Below the pieces are notes generated by a model. That model saw only the letters and a program-made list of their open reading frames with translations. It was not told the DNA's origin and did no database searches. Below are positions 10,259-22,255 of a stretch of 33,399 nucleotides of DNA, one piece after another. This DNA comes from Lama guanicoe (lineage: Eukaryota): assembly GCA_013239625.1 (NCBI GenBank), contig MU053881.1:13592879-13626277 (forward strand). Reading direction: 5' to 3'. A program made the translations under genes and the position numbers. Positions within the stretch are counted from its first letter, which is position 1. Every line of letters begins with the position of its first letter.

Positions 10259-13200
10259 CCAGTTATACCATTGCTAACTTTGCCTTCTGTGAGTTTCCTA
10301 AATTCCCTTATCAAACTTAGTACTTTTTTTGTGGGTTCTTTAGGATTTCCTATGCACATAATCATGTCATCTGTGAATAAGGACAGTTTTATGCCTTCCT
10401 TTTTAATCTTTATGATTTTATATACATTTAACTTAGTCATTACAGTGGCTTCCGTTTCCAATATAATATTTGATATGAGTAGAAGTGATGATAGCAGAGA
10501 CCCTAGCTTTATTTTCTGATCTTAGGAAAAAATAAGTAGGTTTTTGAATATTAAATATGATATTATCTGCAGATTTTTCAGAGACATCTTTTATTGGAGG
10601 AAGAATGTCCCCTTCTGTTTTTAATTGCTGTGGGGTTTTTTTAATCATAAATTGGTACTGAGTTTTGCAGCATGCTTTTTCTAAACCTATTGATATAATC
10701 ATTTTTCTTGTCTATTTTGTTAATGAATGGAAGAAATATATGGATTAATTTTAAAATATTAAAGAATGTTGACATGCTCAGGATAAACTCCATTCGATCA
10801 TGCTGTATTACCCTTTTAATATACTACTAGAATTTATTTGCTAATATTTTGGTAAAGATTTTTGTGTCTATGTTCATGTGGACTATAGGTATATACTTTT
10901 ATTTTCTTGTAATATCCTTTACTGGTATCTTGGTATCAGAGTTATGCTAGCTTCCAGATAAGACTTGTGAGTATTGAGTCTTCACCTACTTTTCTGAAGT
11001 TGTTTGCTTGAAATTAATGACACTTCTTTAAATCTGATAGAAATCACTAGTGAAACCATCAAGTGTTGTAGGGCCTCGTTATGTGTAAAAATTTTCACTA
11101 TGAATTATTTTTCTTTTATAGTTACTGAGTGATTTATATTGTGTCATTTTTGTGAGTTGTCCTTGTAAGTGAATTTGCTTCCCTTCAACTAATTTGGGGA
11201 ATGTATTTACATCAAGTTGTCCTTAATAGTTCCTTATTTTTCTTTTAATGCCTTGAGGCTTTATAGTAATATTTCCTTTTGCATTCCAGAAATTGGTAGT
11301 TTGCATTCTCTCTCTTTTTTTCTCTCTTCTTCCCCCTCATCAGTATGGCTAAGAGTTTATCAATTTCCTTAACATTTTCAAAGAATCCATCTAATGAATT
11401 TTTAACTATTTTCCATCTTATGGATTTCTTCTCTTACACTTATTATTTTGTTCTTTACAGTTTGTGCTTGATTTACTCTTCTTTTGATAATCCCTTAAGG
11501 TAAATCTTAGATCATTCACTTTAAATCTTTTTTTTCCAAATATAAGCATATAAAAGCTATGAATTTCCCTATAAAAACCACTTGGTATGCATCCTACAGA
11601 TTTTGAAATGTTCTGGTTTTGGTTATCATTCAATTCAAACTATTTTAGTATCTATTGTGTTTGCTTATGTAGTCCATGAGTTATTTAAAAGTATTTTAAT
11701 TTCTTAATATTTTGTTATTTTTCAAGGTTTTCTTTAAATGGTTGCTCTTATTGAAATCTAATTTGATTCTGTTGTCAGAGAATGTAATATATTATATATA
11801 TGTACATATATGTATATTTTTGAATGCCCTGACATAGTTTATCTTGGTGAATATACCATGTGCACCACACAAGTATATATTCTCTCTGGATATAGTGTTC
11901 TATAAATATTAATTAGGTTGTCTTGTTTATTCATTCACATCTTCAGCATCCTTCTTGATTTTTTGTTCTCCTTTATCTATCAGCTGCTGAGAGAGGGCTG
12001 TTAAAATTTCCAACCATAGTTATGGATTAGTCTCTCTCTCCCTAAAGGGAGAAACCTGTCAGTTTTGCTTCATATATTTCAGAGTTCTGCAATCAAATGC
12101 ATACACAGCTCATGCTGTCTTTTTGATGAATTGATGCTTTTACCAGTGTGACATTCTCTCTTTACATTTAGTTACATTCCTTGTCTATAAGTCTAATTTG
12201 TCAGTTTTTAATTAGCTACTCTAGTTTTCCTTTTGGTAGTATTAGAATTGTATGTGTATATGTATATTTTTTTCCCATTATTTTACATCTCTCTATAGCT
12301 TTATATTCAAAATATGTCTCTTTATATTCAAAAATATGTATGGACAGCATATAATTGAGTCCTTCTTTCTTATCTAGTTGAACAATCTCTGTATAAATGG
12401 AGCGTCTGGTCTATTTAATCTACATTCAATATAATTATTGAACTATTTGGGGGCATAAATCAACCATTTTTCTATTTCAGTTCCATTTATCCCATTTGCT
12501 TTTTTGTTCCTTTTTAAAAAATTCTTCCGGCCACATTTTAAATTTATGGAAGGTTTTTTTTCAGTTACATCCTTTCTTCTCTTTTTCAATTCCAGGACAT
12601 CTAATTGATTTTTTTGTTAAATAATAATTTCTATATCTCTCCTGAGGTTTTTTTTTTATTATTATATCCATCTTTTCTTTTGAATCAATGATAATAATTA
12701 TAAAAGCTGTTTTAACGTCCTCATTGAAGAATACTAAATGCCACCATACTTCATGCCATCTCAAAAAAGAATGCTTGATCTTCATTTACTGACTATTTTC
12801 TCTCCTGTTTATCAGTCATTTTCCTATTCCCCCCAGTCTAGTAATTTTAATGCATATTAAACTTTTTTAAAATGCTACATTACCAATAGTTTAGATTTTG
12901 TTTTCTTCATTTAAAATTTGTTGTGTTCAGATAGGTAGTTACTTCACTAGCGGGTCAGTTTGATGTTGGCTGGTTTTTAGCTGTTTTGTTTTTTGGTGGG
13001 GGTGCTGGAGTAGCCTGACTCCTAAGGAAATTACTTCTTTGACTCTCAGCTGAATAGCTAGAGTTTTCCTCTGGAAGTCTTTATTCTCTGGCTCATCGAA
13101 AACCCAATGTCTGTAAATCCTGCCCTGGGGGATTCCCGCTTAGCTCACAGACCCTGGGCGCTTTCTCCTTCTTCCCCGACAGTCGCTCCCTGCTTCACAT

Positions 13201-13929
13201 GTGCTCCCATCTGCTGCGTGCTTTGAACAGTGCTTCCAGGCAGGCTGTCTTGGTGCTGATGAACCTCACTTCCTGTGTTTCCTTTCTTCCAAGGAAGGCA
13301 GCCCTGTGCTGTCTGGTGTGCAGTACATGGACAGAGTTGCCTCATGCTTTATCTGGTTTTATAGTTGTTTAGAGCAGGTGGTAAAGGGAAGAGGAACACG
13401 AGGTATGGCAACTTAAGTCTAATCCCCATTCATCCTTAGCCAGAAGCAGAAGTTAGAATCGATTTTAATCTCATGTTGCTCATGTTCAAGGTAACTTTCA
13501 ACTTGTAGATCATTCAGTTCATTCATTTGCACATACATGTATGCCTTCCATATGTATTGTAATAAACAACTTGTCTCTTTTTTTTGGTGACTATATTAAA
13601 TAATGAAAGTACTGATACCTTAAACAATCTGTATACACTTGTTTATCGTCATTTGCACTGGGATATATGTAAATCATTACCATAGTGAAGTTCGTTGTAC
13701 CAAAAAGACAACTTTATTTTTCACCTTATTTTATATTTTGATTTGGCTCATGATTTCTCCATCAACCGTAGTGGAAGTTACATTTAGGTTTCCATAACAT
13801 AATGGAAAAACAAATACTTTTTATAAATTATATAAAATATTTTATATACTATATTTTATTTCTTCTAGTCAGACTTAGAGTAGCACCAGTGCTATTGCAT
13901 TTTTAAATAACATGGTTATTTAAATGCCT

Positions 13930-14095
13930 GCATTTGTTTCTTGGAAGGTTATGTGTCCGTTTTTCAACAGTGGCTATTTCTAGGTGGTGTGTTATGGTTT
14001 ATTATTTTCTCCATTATTATTTTCTGTGGTCTCTAGTTTTTCTGTAATTACTGTGGATTATTTTTAATAGAAAAACAAATCTGTTTTCATTTTGA
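13930..14095 (+). mobile_element. Ancient L1 (L1ME4-like) 3' end
   Basis: caacagtggctatttctaggtggtgtgttatggtttattattttct matches the L1ME terminal consensus. Confidence 0.7.
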
Positions 14096-14149
14096 GAAAA
14101 ATAATCTTATCTAGAGACAAAATAAATTGAAATATTAATGTATGTATAT

Positions 14150-14335
14150 GAACAGCTACTTTGTACCTTATGCTTGTTGGGTATTTTGAATGGTTAATTT
14201 ATTTGACTCTCCCATAAATCCTTTCAGGTAGGTACTATGCTCACTATTTTATTAGTAGGAAAAAAAAAGAATCAGAGAGGTTTATATAACTTGTCCAAAG
14301 TCAAATCACGTAGCTGGGAAGGAGCAGAATCAGGG
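14150..14335 (-). mobile_element. MIR SINE
   Basis: aggtaggtactat...aatcagagaggtttatataacttgtccaaagtca is antisense MIR. Confidence 0.8.
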
Positions 14336-14950
14336 GTTACTACTGTTTTCTCTGAATCATTCAGCTGTGCCCACATTGCCTCCCTGAAGGCAATTTTGTG
14401 TCCTCTTGTCAGTGGCCTATCAGCCTTGGAAATGGGAGAGTGGTGGGTGGTTGTCATCACGGATAACAGCCCTAACTGTTAGCTCTGCTTTCCTGCATGG
14501 GCCATAGGTAGCATCGTTCTAGACGTCTCGTTAGGGATGGAAATGTGAAGTCTTCCTTGATTACAGGAAGTGCAACGTGAAGGTTTACAGCAGTGGAGCG
14601 GAGGAAGCATATGCAGCTTATTTGCTTCAGCGTACTTGAATCTTCCCAGCGCACTAGGGAAGGACGGCATAAGGGCAGGAAACTGTGAAATGCCTTGGCT
14701 GTGTGCTGCCAGCCCATGAGGGGGTCTCACTCTGTTTTAGAATGGCATGTTTCCTTGTAGAGTGTGCCCCTGACTTTATTTCTGGTTCAGCTAATAATGT
14801 GGTTGAACTAACACAAGCAGAGGAGTCTTCCATTTGTGGCCACAGCTTTAATCATTGAGCTTTGAATACTGTTCAGCCTCTGGAGTATGAGGGACCACTA
14901 TTTTGTGATGTTGACATTTAATTTCTCAAGGGGACTCTGACAGAGCAGAA

Positions 14951-14978
14951 ATTCAGGGCGATTCAGGGTGATTCAGGA
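14951..14978. repeat. 10-bp tandem repeat, ~3 copies
   Basis: attcagggcg attcagggtg attcagga. Confidence 0.8.
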
Positions 14979-15499
14979 CAACCATCTTTACATTTGTCTG
15001 TAGAAGAATAAACAGTAGAAACAAAGTCTTTAAAATGAGTGGGAAAGAAACTTAAAAAAAAGCTCTAATGGCATTAAACCATTCGTTTGTTTTCATAGTA
15101 TTCTTTATAAATCAACTTGCCCTTTCTTCTATAGTCTTTTATTATGGAATAATACTTGATATTTCTTTTCGTATTATTTTTATTTTTGATCAAACTCATA
15201 GGATTCAAACAACTGTGAATACTGTAAATAATAGGAACTTCTCATCAGCCTGTAAAGTAGGGCTTATTTCAGAAAGTGTCCCTATAATGTGTCAGTTGAT
15301 CTAACATTTATTTAATCACACATAATAGAGTAATACTTGGAAAGTGAATCTCAAAGTATTCAGAAAATGAGGATTAAAATTTTAGAAGTAGCTGGATGTT
15401 AATTTGTGTTTTAATATCATGTGATTTGGCGCTTCAGCTAAAAAAGCAACAGTAACAACAGCAAACACTTTAAACTTCGAATATTTTGTAAGCCTATTA

Positions 15500-16560
15500 A
15501 AATGTTAAATGCCAAACTATAGAGAAGAGAGTGAGGAAGCTAGAATCAATGAAAAGGACTTTGTATAAACTAGTTTTCTAAATTTTCTCTACCCATATAC
15601 ATAACAGAGTTATACAAAAATTGGCAGTTTTCCTTTATTTTAACATCATCCATTAAAATGTGATAGAAATATGCCTTGAAATATGCATAGCTATTTATGA
15701 AAAGAAAAACAAAACTGGATCTGAATAATTTTATTTTCTTGTTGTTGGAACCAATGTTATAAAGACACATTGATCTGAAAATACAATAGAATTTACATCA
15801 AAATCTCAGTGGGGTGAGAGTGAGGCGTTCTTCTCAAATAGTAAATTTCTGAATTAAGTAGATCAATGAAGCTTAGTCTATGAAAAGATGACATTTTGGA
15901 TCAATGGGAAAAGGATGAAATATCTAAAATGATTAATGGCAATATGATAAAACATGAAATTGGTCAAGTAGAAGATTTTTTTCTTACTCTTCTAGAATCA
16001 GGGGAGGGAAATCCACTTAGCACACAATGTTATTATCTATGATCTGTAGCACCTCATTTGTAACAATTAGGACAGAATATTAAAATGAGAAGGAGAGATA
16101 TTAATGGCAAATTAATATGTGAAAAGTGTCTCAGTCTCAGCGATATTTAAAGGAATGATAAATTAAAGTAATAAAGAGATACCACCTTATTTTGGGGAGG
16201 TATTAAAAAATCATTAGTACTCTAAACAATTCAAAACACTGTTGCTGCTGGCTGTTTGACTGTATCTATCAAAATTAAATCTGCAACTTGATGCAGCGTT
16301 TACTGGGAATGTATATATTACGTGATGCAGCTGTCTTTGATTTAGGAATCTACAATTTAGGAATATTAGCATTGATGCAAAAATACATGTTTGCAATGAC
16401 ATATTTTTCAACATTATTTTTAATACAAACAATATTAAAACCAGTGTAAAAGTACTCAGTGGGGGAATGAATGTATAAATTTCTGTAAACTAACACAAGA
16501 AAAGATTAGGTAGAAATAAAAAAAAATAAGGTGAATTTACATGTGCTCATTTGGGTAGCA
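15500..16560 (+). mobile_element. Highly degenerate ancient L1 ORF2 3' fragments
   Basis: tcaatgggaaaaggatgaaatat, atatgtgaaaagtgtctcagtctca, aaagagataccac and tttaggaatcta are L1 ORF2-end motifs. Left boundary uncertain. Confidence 0.65.
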
Positions 16561-16571
16561 ATGAAGGAACG

Positions 16572-16656
16572 TCCCTCCTTCTTGACCTCCCCCTCTTCTT
16601 TCCCTGCTTTCTCCCCCACGCCTCCTTCCCCACTTCTTTTCTTGACTTCTTTTTTT
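16572..16656. repeat. CT-rich low-complexity tract
   Basis: ccctccttcttgacctccccctcttctttccctgctttctccccc... Confidence 0.7.
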
Positions 16657-17204
16657 AAATTATGGGGCCAACAGTTACATCTTTTTAAAAACCTATTTTC
16701 TTGTCATGGGTAAATTTGGTAAATATTGCTTTTATTTTGCAGTGCTGGCTTTATCTACCCTCAGAAAGCATTTCCCTTTAATGAAACAAAAAAAGGTTTA
16801 CAAATGGGGGATGGTTTGATGTCGTGTGATACCATTAAGAACCGCAATGAAATTTTAGTTTGAGGAGAAGTTATAAATAGGTGTTACTCTGACTGCTATT
16901 TGGAGATAGACCTAGAAGAAGTAACTTTTTAGAAGTAACTTAGGATCAATATACATGTGAGAAAGCAAGAAACCTCTTGCCTTGAGAATATTTTAGAGAA
17001 AAAGTAATTCACCAGGAGGCAAATATATGTTTTATGTTCTGTCATCTCTTTATCAAAATTTAGTGTGAACCTGGTATGTGAGAAACTTAATATAAGGCCA
17101 TGGGAACTCTGTTAGGTTACTCATTAATTTTAGATTCATGTTGCCTCTTTAATAAAATTGAGATACTTTTTTTACAGCCTCAAGTATGGAGTTTGGGCGG
17201 ATCG

Positions 17205-17455
17205 TAGTAATTCTGCAAACTTACCTAGCACTTACCCTGTGCTGTGCGGTATCCTGAATGCTTAATGAATAGTATGTCAGGAGAGCCTCACGCTGGTTCT
17301 GCCAAGTAGAATTGCTCATCCTCATTTTATAATTCTTTGGAAGGGTTTAGGAGATACCTATGTAACTTACCCAAGCTCACACTGATAATGAACTGTAAAC
17401 CATCTTTGTGAACCAAGTTTCTCGGGCTCTAAACATGAGCTCTCTACCTGAACTC
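17205..17455 (-). mobile_element. MIR SINE, near full length
   Basis: agcacttaccctgtgc...catcctcattttata...gtaacttacccaagctcacac...gaaccaagttt. Confidence 0.8.
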
Positions 17456-18204
17456 TCTATAAGTGTTTCCAGAGAAGATTTCTTTCAATGTTTTAATTTG
17501 AAGATCTGTGTTTGTTCTATCTCCCAAAATGCCTAGCCTAGTGCTGGACATACATACAGTTTATGTTTTTAAAAGCTGCCTTTGAACATGGCATGTAGAA
17601 TCCAAGACAATCTTAGATAATTTATTTGCGAAATTGATGAAGACTTTTAGCCAGAGGGAGTGCAGGTAGATGACTTAAATGGCTACACAACTGAACACAT
17701 TTGCAGCGGAGATCATTGTACACCCCCAAACTACTGAAAGTATTGATCTGTGGGGCAAATTTCATTTTTTCTAAAGTCTAGGAATCACCTTCCATGCTTA
17801 AAGCACAGACATTGGGTTTTCTGACCTACTGCAAAAAGCATTTTCCTATCTCTTGCCCTGTAATCCATAATGTCAGACCCCTGGTACACTTTAGGGGCAA
17901 CATTTGACTGATCTTAGAACTCACGTCTATGAAAACAGTTACGTCTCACAAAGAGAAGCTTGTAATCTTTTAGTCATCAAATGGAGAGCTTTTCAATAAG
18001 CTCACCGCTAAGCATTTGGGGGTGGCTTTTTGTTTGTTTTGCATCTCAAAGGGTCATTCCTTGACGACATAAATCCTTCAATGCAGTTTGTTTAACTTGG
18101 TTTGGAGAAAAAAAACTTGTAAGACAACTTCAAGCATTGCCCAAGCCTGTGACCTGACACGTTGTTTTCTCAGTATAGCCTGAGTCAGTAATTTCACTTG
18201 GATG

Positions 18205-18456
18205 CTGTACCAGTGAGAATATCAGATGTTTTAGACAAATTGCCTGGATTTGAGTTCAGGTTCCCTCATTTCCTACCTATGTGACCTTGACCCATTTATT
18301 TTCCCTGTCTGTCCTTTGGTTTCATCATACGTAAGAATGGAAGGCGGTGATAATAATACTGACCTCGTAAGGTTGTTGTGATGATTAAATTAGTTGAGAT
18401 AACTATGGAAGTTGCCTGGCCCAGAATATGTGCTGCATAAATATTCCTTATTATTA
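18205..18456 (+). mobile_element. MIR SINE, near full length
   Basis: cctggatttgagttc...ctatgtgaccttga...gataataatactgacctcgtaaggttgttgtgatgattaaat...tgcctggcccaga. Confidence 0.9.
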
Positions 18457-19613
18457 TCTTCCTCATTTATGTTGTCTTTTTCACAGGTTGTAAAAAAATC
18501 TTAATACGTAATGTTAAGGATTATTCTGTCCTCATGTGTATTAGGATTATTGCAAGATAAATAATTGCCTGCAAAACCAGGCTGATCATCTCTGCAGGGG
18601 AGAAATTGTGATTAGAAAGCCTATTGCTTACAACTTTGTTACTCAGCCAACAGATCTTCTGTTCTTTTGACGGGTGTTGGCTCTTCATTAGCGTCCACGG
18701 TTCCAACCATCAGATGATGATCCACTTGAATTACAGTGTGTCTTACATCTCTTTAGAAGGCATTTCTGGTCTCTAGTAATATATTGGCCTCTTGACGCAT
18801 TATCGAAGGATAGGCGCTTAACATAATGTAAAAAACAGTTATCCTTTGCACCACCACAAGAAACTAGATTCAGGTTTCTGATCCATGAGTTTGCTAAGTG
18901 CCGTTTCCTGGCTGGGAGTAATGTCTGTTGCTTACTCTACAGCCATGACATCAGTTTATACCTTTTGTAAACATTTTGTTCTGAGGAGATACTACACAAA
19001 ATTAGTAACAAAGCAACAGATAAACACGTTTCGCTTTAGGCTGGAAAAGAGCTTTTTTTGGTGCTGTGCCTACTGAATGGATTAGACAAGAAATGAGAAG
19101 AGAAATTAATTTTATCGCTTGAGGATAATAAAAAAGATAACTGTAATGTGGGGGAAAAAATCAGCCGTTTTAACAACTGAGAGATTACCTTAAAACAGTC
19201 TGTAATCAAAAGCCAATAATCATAAAATAGTTAAGAGGCAATAACTTTTTTCCCACTCTAAGGGTTTTACCGGTATCTCTTCAGCCATAAAACTATATTT
19301 ATACCTTCATTTCTCACCAAAACTGCACAGCTGAAGTGAGATGATGAGCTATAGGTGAAGAAGAAAGAAGACCACAATGAGAGAAGCAGGAGAGGGGCTG
19401 GGGAGGGGAGCTTCCTGGGTCTCAAACCTTGTCCGGGGACAGGACCTCAGTGCCTGCCTCGGCGGCTGCCTTGAAGAGGCTCCTGAAGCTACTGGTGTCT
19501 TAAGGTCCTTAGAAGAAAGTGAGAAACTAAAACTGGAAAGAAAAATCCCAAACTGCTGTGCCAGGCTGGCTCTTCTGTCCCACTCGCTCTCGGGTTCTCC
19601 ACTTTGCATCCAG

Positions 19614-19726
19614 ACCATCCTGACCCTTGCAGCATTAGTTCCGTGAACAGAAAAAGCCCTGGAGGAGGGACAGTGACTCATTTGTTCATTTTTTACAAAA
19701 CTGGTCATTTATTCTTGTGCATGAAG
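19614..19726 (+). other. Candidate exon or 3' part of an alternative first exon
   Basis: Perfect donor AAG|GTAAGT at 19726/19727, immediately after ATGAAG. Upstream ~47-nt AG-free pyrimidine-rich tract ending in CAG (19611-19613). Non-repeat, GC-richer context. Confidence 0.35.
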
Positions 19727-19979
19727 GTAAGTGGAAAACATACATATGCATTTAAATGGGGGCGGGTGTGCGCTGTCCTCTTCAATGCCATGTGAACGAT
19801 GTGGTCACAGTGAAAAAGAGAGTTTGTTCCTCAAAGGAGGGGTTGAAGTTGCTATAACCAGAAACTGAAGAGGTGGAATCTGGACAGGCAGAGGCGACAG
19901 TGACAGCTCCTCTGTCTTCTGAGCTCTAGGATTGTGCGTTCCGGACAACAATTGTGTGTTGCCGGACCTTTGCACACGT

Positions 19980-20185
19980 TATGGTGGCTTTGGAAACAGA
20001 CAGCCCTGAGCTTGAACCCTGCTCTGTCATTTAACTGCACCCCTTGAATGAGTAACTAAATTCTCAATTTCCTAATTTTCAAGCCATAAGGATACTGTTA
20101 CACTTTGAAGTTATCATGGAGGTTATAAGTGATTTATATGAAACATGAAATGCTGTGTTTTGCACGCATTAGACGCTTAGTATCG
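19980..20185 (+). mobile_element. MIR SINE (degenerate)
   Basis: ggctttggaaacagacagccctgagcttgaaccctgctctgtcatttaactg matches the MIR 5' region. Confidence 0.8.
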
Positions 20186-20374
20186 GGTGATGGTGGCAGG
20201 AGCAGCGGTCATGGTGGTGATCCTCGTGGCACTTATTTCTCACTTCAGCTCTCATTACAGTGAGGATCTGCTTAAAATCTTCATCGGGTATTTGTGTCTT
20301 CTCTACATCATTGACATCTACATTGACTCTCTGACAAGGGATTTCTTTTTTTTTTTTAATCCTACGTCTGCATT

Positions 20375-20650
20375 ATACTGCATGGCAGGCTATTCCTTTT
20401 ATTTTAAAGCAGACATCTATATTTTGACAGAGAAAATATTTAGATAATTATGTCTTCTATAAGTCAAATGTTGCCCCTTAAATTTCTACCTATTAGCCTT
20501 GGTTTCTCACTTCGGAGTTACACAGAGATGGTAATCTTTTCCTCTTCCAGGTAATGCCTTTGTCAATATATGGCCAAGTGAACCTGCATGAGCATTACTC
20601 CTCTTCCCCTGGATGTGTTCACACAATCTCCTGGAACTGCTCCTCCCATT
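20375..20650 (-). mobile_element. L3/CR1 LINE fragment
   Basis: aaatttctacctattagccttggtttctcacttcggagttacacaga...cctcttcca resembles antisense L3 (aacttccacccattggtcctagttctgccctctggagccacacaga). Confidence 0.6.
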
Positions 20651-20699
20651 GCAGGACTTGGGGTTGTATTTCCTTTTGCTGTTGTATTCAAAAGTGCTT

Positions 20700-21370
20700 T
20701 ATCCATCCATCCATCCATCCGTGCGTTCAGTCGATATTTTTGGATTACTGCTTCCTGCTAGTCATCAGTGCTGCCAAGGATATTTATTACAGCAGGTCCA
20801 ATGACCAGGACAGGGACAAGGTCAGGGTTCTGCGCAGGCAAGGGGAGACGATTGTAGTAGAGGAGGAGAATCAATCGTTAGAAAAGGCTTTATTGAAGAC
20901 GTGGTGTACACTTCAGGGCCTCAAGAGCTCATAGGAGGTGCGCAAACGACGGGGAGACAACTAGGTAGGAGGGGAAAGGAAGAGTCATACAGGCAGGAGA
21001 AACAGCTTGTGCAGAGGTGCAGCTGTTGGGAAACCTAGCAGATCATGGACATTAACTAAATCCAGTGTTTGAAGAATAACCCCTGAGCTTGGACATTTCT
21101 GCAGATGGAACTGGAAAAATATGCAGATCCTGACACGCACACTAAGCAGTTTGATGCTAGACTGAGGAGCATAGATCACTATGGCAAGCATTATAAACGG
21201 GGTAGCGGCGTGATCAGAATTGCATCTTGAGACGTGGTCCCTGGCCAAATGTGGAAAATAAGAGAGAGGGAACAAGACTGATGGCAGAGAGACCAGTTTT
21301 AATAATACAGGGGAGACACAGTGGTGACCTGTGTTCAGTCTGGAGTCGTGGGACAGAGATAAGCAAATAC
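20700..21370 (-). mobile_element. L2 LINE 3' portion with (ATCC)n tail
   Basis: (atcc)5 followed by caggcaggagaaacagcttgtgcagagg, gtgatcagaattgcatctt and ggcagagagaccagtt, all L2 motifs. Confidence 0.8.
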
Positions 21371-22119
21371 ATCATGTGCATGGTATTTACATAAAGGAAA
21401 CTTCTTACCATGAAATTTGCATGTTCTTTTAGATATTTCGTTTTTTGCATAGCCTAGTGTTTCTATAAAATGAGTGGTGAAAACAATGAGCATTATTTTT
21501 GGAAAGTTTCCTTGTAGAAAAGGAGTGGAAGGATTTCATGGACCAGGAGCTGATTTTTTTTCCTTCTCCCAGGCAGATACCTTCTCCTCGGTGACCCGTC
21601 TCTGCTTCTCTCTTGTACTTTGAAAAGGTGGACCATTCCTTCGTGGAGAAGTGTCCACTTATACACAGTTAGCCACATGATGGGGGATCTAATGCAGGCC
21701 AGAGGAGGAAGATTTAGTAAGAGATTTCCTAAGAGAGAGGAAATAAACATAGTTGATGACTCCTTTTAAATTCAAGAACAAATGGTAAATACATGTAGAT
21801 GTCTTCAGGAAATAAATCTCTCTCTCTCTAGATATATTTTGGGTTAATTTTTTTTAATCCAGGAACAGTTGTAAGGAAACTATCTGGGTAAAATTTGAGG
21901 ATTGGATCAAATAAGATGGACATAGTGATCACCAAGTGGGCGTGGAGCATGCTTCAGTGGAATAAAGCTCTGCCTGTTTTTAATCTTTCCCTTTGTTATT
22001 AAGTCATAGTTGGTGACAAATTTCTCAAGCACGTATCAGCTACATTTTTAAAGGTGAAATCAGTTTGTAGTGTCTCTGTGGGTGAAAATAATAGGAAAGC
22101 ATGTCTTTTATAATTGTCA

Positions 22120-22255
22120 CCATCCAAAAGTGCAGTACCAGCCTTGCCAGGTAGAGATTTTTGTTACTGGACATATCCAAGCAAAATTTGGGTTACCATC
22201 TGTCAGGGATTTGGGAGAAAGGATCCTTTCATTAAAAAAGAAGGTTGGAATAAGA
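22120..22255 (+). mobile_element. L3/CR1 3' end fragment
   Basis: ttactggacatatccaagcaaaatttgggttaccatctgtcagggat...aggttgga matches the L3 terminus. Confidence 0.7.

Larger units (their letters stand above)
7375..13453 (-). mobile_element. Ancient LINE-1 (L1ME-like) spanning the 5' region and most of decayed ORF2, with three nested insertions
   Basis: Minus-strand ORF fragments match L1 ORF2p: MIISIGLEKACCKTQYQFMIKK (cf. MIISIDAEKAFDKIQHPFMIK), IKLSLFTDDMIMCIGNPKE (RT FADD motif region), PKLIYKFNAIKI. Ends in ccagaagcagaagt, recalled as the L1ME-type 5' terminus on this strand. Confidence 0.92.

Noticed and set aside
10243..10702. Reverse-transcriptase-like ORFs (FTDD motif) as a novel RT system
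   Set aside because: Frameshifted, stop-riddled remnants of ordinary LINE-1 ORF2.
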